Shown: positions 1-8,828 of the stretch, in pieces
How the letters are laid out: each line of letters opens with the position of its first letter
Numbering within the stretch: position 1 is the first letter of the stretch
Virus record (IMG/VR): IMGVR_UViG_3300035670_000210
Location: 1 to 62,329 of that record
Direction: 5' to 3' (one strand)
DNA from: a virus
Lineage: Duplodnaviria > Caudoviricetes
DNA: 62,329 bases
Translations under genes and position numbers: made by a program
The notes under the pieces: generated by a model
Told to the model about the DNA's origin: nothing
Databases searched by the model: none
What the model saw: the letters and a program-made list of their open reading frames with translations, nothing else

Positions 1-227
1 AATGTTCGCAAATTGGGCCAAATGAGTTTTATATATCCCAAAACGCGCGGGGGCCTGCATGTTCCAAAATCGAACACAAAAAAGGACGTTTTCCAGGGGT
101 ATATATAAATTACATTATTTTTAGAACATCCGTACATTTCTGCAATTTCAAGCACTTACGTGCGCACCTGTGAGAACATTCAAGAACATCTGCTAGTTTA
201 CCACTTCTAAACACGTCTCACCATCAT

Positions 228-256
228 TTGACATAGTCTACCACTTGTGGTATTCT
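228..256 (+). promoter_or_regulatory. Sigma70-type early promoter P1
   Basis: TTGACA (228-233), 17-bp spacer, TG-extended TATTCT (251-256), upstream of the first early gene. Confidence 0.85.
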
Positions 257-300
257 AGTAGAACAATGAGCCCAAACCAAACCACCAACACCGCAGCACT

Positions 301-319
301 TGTTAGTGCCGCACTAACA
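301..319. repeat. Palindrome copy 1 TGTTAGTG-ccg-CACTAACA
   Basis: Perfect 8-bp inverted arms, just upstream of the RBS of 331..612. Confidence 0.95.
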
Positions 320-330
320 CGGAGATCGAG

Positions 331-612
331 ATGCCTACACTCACCGAACCACGACCACGACCCCTCGCGGGTCTTTCCAAGGCCGACCTTCGGCAACTCG
401 TTGCCACCCACTTTCGCGCTGCAGTTGCACGTGAGGCGCAGGGCAAAGAGTTCATCCTGCGCGCCAAGGCAGGAGTAAAGACGGCACCACGTGCCACGCA
501 CGACGAGTGGCGCAAGACCGAAAGCCATAAGCCCAAGTTCACATCCATGCGGACACCCGGCCATGCCGACCCGCTGACACGCAAGCGCTGGTCATACACC
601 GAGAACAAGTGA
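331..612 (+). CDS. Hypothetical basic early protein
   Basis: GGAG RBS; first ORF after P1. Confidence 0.65.
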   Translation: MPTLTEPRPRPLAGLSKADLRQLVATHFRAAVAREAQGKEFILRAKAGVKTAPRATHDEWRKTESHKPKFTSMRTPGHADPLTRKRWSYTENK

Positions 613-622
613 GGGGAAGATC

Positions 623-826
623 ATGAAGTGGTATATCACTACGCTCAAGCGGGACTTCGCACGGCACGGCTTCGTGTCCACGCCGCTCACTGATGAGCAG
701 CTCACCGCACTCTACAAACAGAACATCAAACTTGAACAAGCCTATGGCATCGGGTGCGATGTCGCCGCGGGCTTCAGCTTCGAGGAAGCTGTTAGTGCCG
801 CCACTAACAGAGGAGAAGCAGCATGA
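623..826 (+). CDS. Hypothetical protein
   Basis: GAGGGG RBS; ATGA overlap with next ORF. Confidence 0.7.
   Translation: MKWYITTLKRDFARHGFVSTPLTDEQLTALYKQNIKLEQAYGIGCDVAAGFSFEEAVSAATNRGEAA
790..809. repeat. Palindrome copy 2 TGTTAGTG-ccgc-CACTAACA
   Basis: Inside the 3' end of 623..826, directly before the RBS of 823..912. Confidence 0.95.
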
Positions 827-912
827 AAGAGTGGATCGAGGATGCAGTCGGCGCGGTGTGCCTGTTCGCCATCGGCTACGGCGTGTTTCTGTTTGGCTAC
901 GGCATGGGCTGA
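823..912 (+). CDS. 29-aa single-TM peptide (MKEWIEDAVGAVCLFAIGYGVFLFGYGMG)
   Basis: AGGAGAA RBS, ATGA coupling, hydrophobic core; below the ORF-track cutoff. Confidence 0.6.
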   Translation: MKEWIEDAVGAVCLFAIGYGVFLFGYGMG

Positions 913-926
913 TGAGGAGGTCTGAC

Positions 927-1133
927 ATGAGCACTTGTTATTGTTTAACCTGCGGTGACACGTTCCCGGCTGCGCGCCGAGCGCTGGGCTACACCACCTG
1001 CCTGTCCTGCGGCGAGGAAGCAGCGATCTCGATGCGCACCTCATGGTGCATCGCACCCATCGCACACAAACAAGGCGCGACACTGATAACGCAGAAGGAA
1101 CAACTGCGTGGACTCAACAAGGTGGAGAGATGA
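927..1133 (+). CDS. DksA/TraR-like C4 zinc-finger protein
   Basis: CLTCGDTFPAARRALGYTTCLSC; GAGGAGG RBS before ATG 927. Confidence 0.7.
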   Translation: MSTCYCLTCGDTFPAARRALGYTTCLSCGEEAAISMRTSWCIAPIAHKQGATLITQKEQLRGLNKVER

Positions 1134-1158
1134 GCGTAGGGGCGCGGCCCCCACAACT

Positions 1159-1187
1159 TTGCCATAGGGCACGTAGTGTGGTATAGT
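1159..1187 (+). promoter_or_regulatory. Sigma70-type early promoter P2
   Basis: TTGCCA (1159-1164), 17 bp, TG-extended TATAGT (1182-1187). Confidence 0.85.
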
Positions 1188-1230
1188 AAGATATACTACC
1201 AGAAGTAAACGCTAACCAAACGCCAACACT

Positions 1231-1250
1231 TGTTAGTGTCGGCACTAACA
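1231..1250. repeat. Palindrome copy 3 TGTTAGTG-tcgg-CACTAACA
   Basis: In the leader between P2 and 1274. Confidence 0.95.
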
Positions 1251-1273
1251 GGGCACAGCCCAAGGAGAACACG

Positions 1274-2188
1274 ATGCCTACTGATTTTAACACCGCCGCT
1301 CACGCGGCTCCCGCCACGCCTTCCACCCCGACGATCTCATCGTCCTCCATGCTGGTCGAGCTGAGCATCAGCACATGGACCGGGCGCAAACTGGACAAGC
1401 GCGCATCCAAGGACATCACCTCGCAGAACTACGCCGTCGATGGTGTAGCCAACGTGAACAAGAAGCTGCTGGGTGACTGCGCCGAACTCATGGCGGTGCA
1501 GAAGTTTACGGCCAACCTGCGAAACGCACACTACGCCATGACAATGCCGTGGTCTGACACGGGCCTGCGCCTGCTGCCTACCTCTCAATACTTCAAATAC
1601 CACCAGCAAATGACGACGCTGCAGGCCGAATACGAACGGCTCGTGGCGCTCTTTCTGAACGCATATGACTGGGAGATTATGGAGGCACAGACTAAACTCG
1701 GCGACCTGTTCATCCGCGACGACTACCCCACGACGGAGAACCTCCACTCAAAATTCAGCTTCCGTCTGACCTACATCCCCCTGCCAGATGCAGGTGACTG
1801 GCGCATCGACATCGGCAACGAGGCCAAGGAGGAACTGCGCGCGCACTATGAGAACTACTACAGCACGCAGCTTGGCCAAGCCATGAACGACGTATGGAAG
1901 CGGACATACGATGCACTGTCCCGCATGTCCGAGCGGCTGGACTATGCCGACCACGAGCAGAAGAAGGTGTTCCGCGACAGCCTCGTCGAGAACGTGGCCG
2001 AGATGATCGAGCTACTGCGTGTATGTAACGTGGCAGGTGATGTGCAGATGACCGCCATGGCCAACAACTTAGAAGAAGCCATGCGGGGTGTGACACCCGA
2101 TGCACTGCGCGACGATGCGTGGCTGCGTCGTGAGACCAAACGCAACGTAGATGCAGCGATCAAGGCGCTGCCAAGCCTAGACCTGTAA
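1274..2188 (+). CDS. DUF3150-like protein (typical neighbour of AAA/vWA modules)
   Basis: AGGAGAAC RBS; LVELSISTWTGRKLDK and TMPWSDTGLRLLP motifs recalled from this phage family; family call by recall. Confidence 0.6.
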   Translation: MPTDFNTAAHAAPATPSTPTISSSSMLVELSISTWTGRKLDKRASKDITSQNYAVDGVANVNKKLLGDCAELMAVQKFTANLRNAHYAMTMPWSDTGLRLLPTSQYFKYHQQMTTLQAEYERLVALFLNAYDWEIMEAQTKLGDLFIRDDYPTTENLHSKFSFRLTYIPLPDAGDWRIDIGNEAKEELRAHYENYYSTQLGQAMNDVWKRTYDALSRMSERLDYADHEQKKVFRDSLVENVAEMIELLRVCNVAGDVQMTAMANNLEEAMRGVTPDALRDDAWLRRETKRNVDAAIKALPSLDL

Positions 2189-2200
2189 ACAAGTTAGCGG

Positions 2201-2219
2201 CGTTAGTGCCGCACTAACA
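2201..2219. repeat. Palindrome copy 4 cGTTAGTG-ccg-CACTAACA
   Basis: Intergenic, directly before the RBS of 2236. Confidence 0.95.
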
Positions 2220-2235
2220 CAAGAGGAGAAATGGA

Positions 2236-2835
2236 ATGACCAGAGTAACAAACGACCTGCGTGGAAGCATGGAGCGCCAGATCATGGCCGGGCTTCCGGT
2301 GATCGACTACGTCAAGCTGATCCACGAGTTGGTGCAGGAGGTCGTGATTGCACACGCCCCGGAGCAGGTGAGGGTGATGTATGCCGACCCCGACATGCGG
2401 GACTATCTGGCAAACTCACAGATTCAAGTGAAGCTGGGGAACAAGCACGTGCCGATGTGGCAGGGGGGCTCAGACGCAGACCACATCAAGGGTCTGACCA
2501 AGGGGATCACCATCAACACGATGGACGACGCGGGGCGTATGCCCGAGGGCAGTATCTATCGCGCCCTGCTGACCAAGCTGAAAGCGAGCGGGCTGGTGGA
2601 CAAGTATTTCACACAGGACGAGTTGCGGGGCAGCGTGCGCAAGCGCCTAAAAGCCAACCTGCAGGCGTCCACCACGTTCAAGCAGCTCTACGCCAACCTC
2701 GAGCCTGAACTGCACCACTACATCCCCAAGGACGAGGTGCGTGCACAGGTGCCTGCCTGTGTTGCTCCCGTGGTGGACGACCTGCGCAAGCTGGGTGCGC
2801 ACCTGCCCGACGTGCCGAAAGCGACGACGGCCTAA
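2236..2835 (+). CDS. Hypothetical protein (possibly Nmad5-like)
   Basis: 199-aa ORF, GAGGAGAA RBS; family call weak. Confidence 0.6.
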   Translation: MTRVTNDLRGSMERQIMAGLPVIDYVKLIHELVQEVVIAHAPEQVRVMYADPDMRDYLANSQIQVKLGNKHVPMWQGGSDADHIKGLTKGITINTMDDAGRMPEGSIYRALLTKLKASGLVDKYFTQDELRGSVRKRLKANLQASTTFKQLYANLEPELHHYIPKDEVRAQVPACVAPVVDDLRKLGAHLPDVPKATTA

Positions 2836-2888
2836 GCGTTAGGCCACAAGACTAACACGACAACCAAAACATCTTACGGAGAACGACC

Positions 2889-3986
2889 ATGAGCACCGCT
2901 CAACAGATGTATCAGCTGAACCTCGACCAGACCGCAACGTTTATAAAGGCCGTGGGCCACAAGCGCACCGTGCTGGTGCAGGGCCACATGGGGACAGGTA
3001 AGTCCTCGCTCCTTCGCACCCTGTCGGCTGCCCTGCCGACCCACACGCCGTGCTACTTCGACTGCACGACCAAGGACTTGGGTGACATCACCCTACCCAA
3101 CATAAAAACAAATCAGGACGACGAGCAGGACTACGTCACCTATGCCACCAACGAGGAGTTGGGTGCGCATCACAAGAAGCCGATCACCCTGATGGTCGAC
3201 GAGTATGGCAAAGCTAACCCCGCCGTGAAGAACTCCCTGCTGCGCCTCATGCTGGAGCGTAAGATCGGTAGCTACGAGCTGCACCCTGACAGCATTATCT
3301 TCGCGACGACCAACCTCGGTGCCGAGGGTGTCGGTGACTTGTTGCCACCTCATGCGCGTAACCGCATCACTGTCATCACGGCGCGCAAGCCGAGTAACAT
3401 GGAGTGGATCGAGTGGGGCATCAACAATGGCGTGGACCACACCCTCTTGGGCTGGTGCAAGGACAACCCACAACTGTTCCTTAGCTTCGAGGACGTGCGT
3501 GATCCCGAGGAGAACCCGTATATCTATCACCCCAAGGCACAGCGCGGGGCCTTCGTCACACCTCGTTCGCTTGAAGCTGCGTCAGACATCCTGAAACAAC
3601 GCCACCTGTTCGACGATCAGACCACCACGGCTGCGCTCATGGGCACTATTGGTGACCGTGCGGCGATGGACCTGATGGCCTTCGTCAAGCTGGCTGACCA
3701 ACTACCATCCCTCGAATCAATCAAGAAAGACCCGCTCAACGCACGTGTGCCGGACAGTGCCGCAGCTGTGTGCATGGTGGTGTATCGGTCACTGGCATCG
3801 CTCGAACGCGACTGGTTGGACGCGTGGCTCGACTACATGGTGCGTCTCGACAAGGAAGCGCAGGGTATGTTCGCCAACGGGGTGCGCGCACCCAAGTATT
3901 CCAAGCAGGCCTTGGTGATGACCAACAAGAAATTCACGGCGTGGGCCATGCAGAACAACTATCTTTTCAGTGCTGATAAGAAGTGA
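2889..3986 (+). CDS. MoxR-like AAA+ ATPase
   Basis: Walker A GHMGTGKS, Walker B LMVDE, sensor FATTN, TPRS motif. Confidence 0.9.
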   Translation: MSTAQQMYQLNLDQTATFIKAVGHKRTVLVQGHMGTGKSSLLRTLSAALPTHTPCYFDCTTKDLGDITLPNIKTNQDDEQDYVTYATNEELGAHHKKPITLMVDEYGKANPAVKNSLLRLMLERKIGSYELHPDSIIFATTNLGAEGVGDLLPPHARNRITVITARKPSNMEWIEWGINNGVDHTLLGWCKDNPQLFLSFEDVRDPEENPYIYHPKAQRGAFVTPRSLEAASDILKQRHLFDDQTTTAALMGTIGDRAAMDLMAFVKLADQLPSLESIKKDPLNARVPDSAAAVCMVVYRSLASLERDWLDAWLDYMVRLDKEAQGMFANGVRAPKYSKQALVMTNKKFTAWAMQNNYLFSADKK

Positions 3987-3997
3987 GGAGAAAGATA

Positions 3998-4294
3998 ATG
4001 GCCAAGTATAAGAACAAGGCGTCGAGAACCAACACCCCTTGGACCGACGCCGATTACGCCAACCTGCGCGCTATGTATGCCGCGGGCATGAGCAAGTGGG
4101 ACATCTCGAAGGAGTTGGACCGCTCCCCCGGTGCAGTCCAAGCGCAGGTATACACGCTGGGGCTCCATAAGATTGTTAGTGACGCACTAACAAGTCAGGA
4201 CGCAACTAATCACGTGAGTAATGTAACTACTACGTCGACATTAAAACGCTGGTGGACACGCCTGTTCGGCGGGTCAGATATGGGAGCACAGTAA
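3998..4294 (+). CDS. GcrA-like HTH protein
   Basis: WTDADYANLRAMYAAGMSKWDISKELDRSPGAVQAQVYTLGL resembles the GcrA N-terminal domain; AGGAGAA RBS before ATG 3998. Confidence 0.7.
   Translation: MAKYKNKASRTNTPWTDADYANLRAMYAAGMSKWDISKELDRSPGAVQAQVYTLGLHKIVSDALTSQDATNHVSNVTTTSTLKRWWTRLFGGSDMGAQ
4174..4192. repeat. Palindrome copy 5 TGTTAGTG-acg-CACTAACA
   Basis: Inside the HTH gene, just after the HTH domain (encodes IVSDALT). Confidence 0.95.
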
Positions 4295-4295
4295 C

Positions 4296-5513
4296 ATGCT
4301 TATGATGGGTAACCTCACACCGGAGCAGCGGGTGCAGAAGGCCGTGATCGACATCATGGCTAACCCCAAATACGTGGCACTTGCAGGTGTGCTGATGATC
4401 GGGTCACGCCGTGTCGAGCCTGACAGTAGCAAGTGTCCGACCGCCTACACTAACGGGCGTGACGAGGTGTATGGCGCGGACTTCATCGCCGACCTCAACG
4501 ACAGGCAGCTGCGGTTCCTTGTGCTGCATGAGGTGTATCACAAGCTGTATCGCCACCTCACCACGTGGAAACACCTCTACGACCAGAACGCACAGCTGGC
4601 CAACATGGCGTGTGACTTCGTCATCAACTGCAAACTGATGGACGACAACCTCGACCTGTTTGCCACCATGGACGGCAAGCTGAAGATGGGCTGCTTCGAT
4701 GCCAAGTATCGTGGCTGGGACAGTGCACAGGTGTTCAACGACCTGAAGAAACAAGCACAACAAAACCCGCAGGGTAACGGCTCAGGACAAGGTGGCCAAG
4801 GTGGCCAAGGCTTCGACGAGCATGGCTGGGACGATGCCGACGACATGACCGCCGAGGAGAAACGCGATCTGGCGCGGGAGATCGACGAGGCCGTGCGTCA
4901 GGGTGCACTGGCTGCAGGTAAGCTGGGCAACGGCATGAGCCGTGACATGGTCGAGCTGCTTCAGCCACAAGTGGACTGGCGTGAGGTGCTGCGTGACTTC
5001 GTGCAAACAACTTGTCAGGGCAACGACTACTCGACGTGGCGACGGCCCAACCGTCGTTACATCGGCGCGGGTGTCTACATGCCGAGCGGGATCAGTGAAC
5101 AGATCGGCGAGATCGTGGTTGCCATCGACACATCAGGCTCCATCGGTGCGCGCGAACTGGGTGTGTTCCTCGCCGAAATCAAATCGGTGGCGGACACCGT
5201 GCACCCCGAGGCCATACGCATCCTGTACTGGGACACGTCAGTGCGTGGCGACGAGCGGTATGAGGGGGCCGAGGTGGACAACATCGTGCAGTCTACCAAG
5301 CCCAAGGGTGGTGGCGGCACCGACGTGCGCTGTGTGCCCGACTACATCGCAGACAAGCAGATCAAGGCACAGTGCGTGATCGTGCTGACCGACGGCTATC
5401 TGTTCGGTGGCTGGGGTCAGTGGCACCACCCCGTGCTGTGGTGTGTGTTGGACAACGAGCGGGCCAGCCCTGACGTGGGCAAGACCGTGCACGTCAAATC
5501 AAGGGGCATGTGA
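4296..5513 (+). CDS. Metallopeptidase-vWA protein (DUF2201-like)
   Basis: HEVYH zincin motif; MIDAS DTSGS, GGGGT, LTDG. Confidence 0.9.
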   Translation: MLMMGNLTPEQRVQKAVIDIMANPKYVALAGVLMIGSRRVEPDSSKCPTAYTNGRDEVYGADFIADLNDRQLRFLVLHEVYHKLYRHLTTWKHLYDQNAQLANMACDFVINCKLMDDNLDLFATMDGKLKMGCFDAKYRGWDSAQVFNDLKKQAQQNPQGNGSGQGGQGGQGFDEHGWDDADDMTAEEKRDLAREIDEAVRQGALAAGKLGNGMSRDMVELLQPQVDWREVLRDFVQTTCQGNDYSTWRRPNRRYIGAGVYMPSGISEQIGEIVVAIDTSGSIGARELGVFLAEIKSVADTVHPEAIRILYWDTSVRGDERYEGAEVDNIVQSTKPKGGGGTDVRCVPDYIADKQIKAQCVIVLTDGYLFGGWGQWHHPVLWCVLDNERASPDVGKTVHVKSRGM

Positions 5514-5833
5514 TGCGACGCAGATATGAACCGTCTTGGGAGGAGCCCGGAGTTGATGGCAACGAGATTCTACTCGCCCATGTCGGGCCCTTGGACGTCT
5601 ACTACGAGGACAACTATCACAATAACGAGGAGAAGTGGATTCTCGTGGTTGGGCCGCGCGAGCGCAAGCTACGCGAACCTTACGCATCCACAACAAACTT
5701 CGACATCTATGTGATTACGGATGGGCGCAGACTAATGCCCAGCGCGTTAAAGCCCGACATCCACGTCGAGCTGGCGGAGATGTGTGAGATTTATGCGCTG
5801 GCTATCAAGCTTGGATACATGGAGGAGCAGTGA
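5513..5833 (+). CDS. Hypothetical protein
   Basis: TGATG coupling at both ends. Confidence 0.7.
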   Translation: MRRRYEPSWEEPGVDGNEILLAHVGPLDVYYEDNYHNNEEKWILVVGPRERKLREPYASTTNFDIYVITDGRRLMPSALKPDIHVELAEMCEIYALAIKLGYMEEQ

Positions 5834-6093
5834 TGCAGGTAAGTAATATGGCGACATCAAAACCAAACAAGCCAGAATACCCCACCGAATACAGTCTGGT
5901 GGAGCTTGTCTACGTCGATGGCACCACGTCGTCGTTCATCGTCAAGGCAGGTTTAGGAATAGGGAGACACTTGGCGGAAGAACTGCGGGACAAGCAGGCA
6001 CTGACCCTACGCAACGACACCGACGTGCTTGTCGTGGTGCGGGAACAACTGCGCAGCTTCACGATGCGCGCAATTACACCGGAGAACAACTGA
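5833..6093 (+). CDS. Hypothetical protein
   Basis: GGAGGAG RBS, TGATG coupling. Confidence 0.7.
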   Translation: MQVSNMATSKPNKPEYPTEYSLVELVYVDGTTSSFIVKAGLGIGRHLAEELRDKQALTLRNDTDVLVVVREQLRSFTMRAITPENN

Positions 6094-6503
6094 TGGGATA
6101 CATGAGTGACGTGGTGATTGCCTTTGCATTCAACAGCAAAGAGCAGATCGACGAGGTGATGGCGATCTATCGCATGCACAAACTTGTGCAGGAGTATGAT
6201 CTGGCCAAGGAGTGGCAGGTCCATGACTGGAATGGTGTATGGGGCCTGACCTACAGCTCAGCTGATGTGAAGTGGTATGAAACGTATGATGATGTGCAGG
6301 GTTTTCAGCACATGGAAAATGTCGTCGTGGACTTCGCAGAAAACCGCAAGGGTTTCGAGTATGCCTATCGCACGCTCAGGATCGGTGAGGACGATGCAGA
6401 CATCGAGGAGAACCACCACGGCCATCAAGAAGATAACAGCGCCCTAGCGGATGAACTCTGGGACCGCATGTCGTTGCGCAGAGAGATCGAAACAACCTTC
6501 TAA
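6093..6503 (+). CDS. Hypothetical phage protein (MGYxSDV...KWY...RIGED type)
   Basis: GGAGAAC RBS; motif pattern recalled from phage early proteins. Confidence 0.75.
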   Translation: MGYMSDVVIAFAFNSKEQIDEVMAIYRMHKLVQEYDLAKEWQVHDWNGVWGLTYSSADVKWYETYDDVQGFQHMENVVVDFAENRKGFEYAYRTLRIGEDDADIEENHHGHQEDNSALADELWDRMSLRREIETTF

Positions 6504-6507
6504 CCGC

Positions 6508-6526
6508 CGTTAGTGCGGCACTAACA
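6508..6526. repeat. Palindrome copy 6 cGTTAGTG-cgg-CACTAACA
   Basis: Intergenic, before the RBS of 6544. Confidence 0.95.
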
Positions 6527-6543
6527 AATCAAGGAGAGAGAAC

Positions 6544-7587
6544 ATGGCACTTACTTACTCTAACTTCAGCACCTTTGCAGAAGTGGTCACATGGTATGAG
6601 CGCACCAAGCCTTTGCGTGGTGAGGCGAACAAGAACAAGAACATCCGACCGCTCGGCGACCGTTCGCGCAAGTGGGAACGCATCGTCAAGATCGACGACA
6701 ACTGCTATGCCCTGTCGGATGGGTATCACTACGGCGATGACATCTTCCGTTGTTGGTATCGCAACGTTGAATATAACCCGACACCCAAGGACATGGCGTT
6801 CTACGCACCGATCGTGTGGCGCAAGCACAAGGACGGCACCGAGACAGTCACACTGCGTAACGGCGCTGGACCGGGGCTTCACACGTCACGGTATCAGTTC
6901 TTGTGGCGACATACCCCAAACGGCCTTGGATTTACCGCAGGTAACCGTGACGGCAAGCAATACATCACGGTCAAGCGTGGCACACCATACGACAAGATAT
7001 TTCTAGCCAAGGGCACCACGGTGCCGCGTCCGGTGTGGGAAGATGTGCAGAACGATTTGGCAAAGATGAAGGGTAACCACGTCCCCCGATGGATTGGCTG
7101 GCAGCGTGTGAAAGACGACGGTGTCGCGCTGACATTCAAGCGCACGGACAAGGGCTGGGAGTTTGCCAGCGGTGGCAAGCCGATTCCTGCGCCACTAAGG
7201 AAGCGCGTGGACCTTGATATCAAGGCCAAGCTGAAGCCGCACATTGACGCGTTCCGTGAATGGCTAGTGGCCATCGGCCCGCTCATCCCCATGCGTGACT
7301 ATCAGTATGAGCGGTCTCTGCGTGATAGCATGCAGGAGTGGATCAAGGAGACGACGGGGCGCAACGTAAACGTCTGGTCTGTCGAGCGCGAGATAAACTA
7401 TTCGCTGGCGCGCAAGATTATTGCCAACCCTGAACACCCCCTGCGCATGCACTTGGCTTACGTTGTTATACGTTACACTGACTTCCTCACACCATGTGAG
7501 GACGAGGACGACGTAAGGATGGCCAAGGCAGCGTTTAATCGCTGGGTCAACAAGCAGCTTGGCTTGATAAAAGAAGTGAAAGGATAA
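6544..7587 (+). CDS. Hypothetical protein (347 aa)
   Basis: Long ORF, AAGGAG RBS. Confidence 0.8.
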   Translation: MALTYSNFSTFAEVVTWYERTKPLRGEANKNKNIRPLGDRSRKWERIVKIDDNCYALSDGYHYGDDIFRCWYRNVEYNPTPKDMAFYAPIVWRKHKDGTETVTLRNGAGPGLHTSRYQFLWRHTPNGLGFTAGNRDGKQYITVKRGTPYDKIFLAKGTTVPRPVWEDVQNDLAKMKGNHVPRWIGWQRVKDDGVALTFKRTDKGWEFASGGKPIPAPLRKRVDLDIKAKLKPHIDAFREWLVAIGPLIPMRDYQYERSLRDSMQEWIKETTGRNVNVWSVEREINYSLARKIIANPEHPLRMHLAYVVIRYTDFLTPCEDEDDVRMAKAAFNRWVNKQLGLIKEVKG

Positions 7588-7591
7588 GAGG

Positions 7592-8458
7592 ATGAACAGG
7601 ATGGAGTTAGCATATGTCTGCCAGCTGCTGGACGAGCACGACAGGCGTGAGCAGCAGGTCAACTGCTCCTTGATGTTGCGTAACCTGCGTCTTCAGGTGG
7701 AAGCAGCGATCCCCGGCTGTCGCACAACTATGCGCAACGACCAGTGGGCGTGGGTTTACATGCCCGAGGATCACATCACTATGGGTGCCGTTGGGTTTGG
7801 TAACCTGAACCAGAACGGGCGAGGTGCCAGCACATACGCTGTGCATGCTCGGAATATCGTGAACGGCAAATACAGCAGCGGCTCTAGGCAGCATAACATG
7901 TTGATGAGTAGCAACCTCAGCGTCGCTGTGAAGAACGCCAAGAAGTTCCTGCGCAGGCTATCGCCGACGGAGTTGGTGCAGCACACGCACTCACACGTTC
8001 GGGACGCCATCAACCATATGCGGACTACGGCACGGGAGGTGATAATGAGGGAGGAGGTGATGCTGTTCGGCTCAAGCCTTCACGCGCGCGAAAAGTCACC
8101 CATCCTGAAAGAGATCAGGCACCTCGTGGACGCGGGGCATAAGTTCTTGGACATATCCATGTCTGAGCAACTCAGTAAGTATTTTTCACTGTGTGACGAG
8201 CACAAGGAATCGCAGCGCCCCTACGACATGCTGTTCGTCTCGATCACGCAGAGCGGGGGTAAGCAGCGGTTCGACGTGGTGCCAGTCGAGCAAGCCGAGA
8301 ACCACTGGCCGAGGATGGGTGACCCGCAGACGCTATACGACGATGTGCCGGAGTATCTGCTTGGTAGGTTGGCGGTCCTGAGCATGGTCGACGTCGGCAC
8401 ATTCGTGCCGGGTGTAGGCTTCAAACACACAGAAGGATTGTTCTATGTGGCTCGCTGA
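7592..8458 (+). CDS. Hypothetical protein (288 aa)
   Basis: Long ORF in operon; C-terminal PEYLLGRLAVLSM...VPGVG resembles the next gene. Confidence 0.8.
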   Translation: MNRMELAYVCQLLDEHDRREQQVNCSLMLRNLRLQVEAAIPGCRTTMRNDQWAWVYMPEDHITMGAVGFGNLNQNGRGASTYAVHARNIVNGKYSSGSRQHNMLMSSNLSVAVKNAKKFLRRLSPTELVQHTHSHVRDAINHMRTTAREVIMREEVMLFGSSLHAREKSPILKEIRHLVDAGHKFLDISMSEQLSKYFSLCDEHKESQRPYDMLFVSITQSGGKQRFDVVPVEQAENHWPRMGDPQTLYDDVPEYLLGRLAVLSMVDVGTFVPGVGFKHTEGLFYVAR

Positions 8459-8828
8459 AAACGATCTGCAGGGGCTAAGGGAGAGACCGTATTTCAAGAT
8501 GCGTGACCTCATTATAGCCAATGGGACTGAGCGCTGCCCCAACCGTCGGGCTTACTGGATAGGCGACCCGCGCGATAAAACTCCACATGATGATAACATA
8601 TACCGTGTGGTAGTAAATAACACCACGGGACACGTTAAGGTGGCATGTATCGGGCTAGAAAGTGTTGACGCGATAGTGGATGGCACCTATGATAGTGTGC
8701 AAGACCTGCCGAACTGGATGCAGGAGAAACTCACGTTGCTCAGTATGCTCAGCCCCATGCCACCTACTGAACCCGTTGCAGGGGTGGGTCGCCGTATCAA
8801 CCCGGATATATACTGGGTGTTTTGTTAG
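8445..8828 (+). CDS. Hypothetical protein; start uncertain
   Basis: LPNWMQEKLTLLSML...VAGVG motif shared with the upstream gene. Confidence 0.7.
   Translation: MWLAENDLQGLRERPYFKMRDLIIANGTERCPNRRAYWIGDPRDKTPHDDNIYRVVVNNTTGHVKVACIGLESVDAIVDGTYDSVQDLPNWMQEKLTLLSMLSPMPPTEPVAGVGRRINPDIYWVFC

Noticed and set aside
2829-2857. Eleventh palindrome copy (GTTAGgccacaagaCTAACA)
   Set aside because: The inner TG/CA is missing and the spacing is 9. It overlaps a separate GGCCTAA-gcg-TTAGGCC hairpin, so it is at best degenerate and was not counted.
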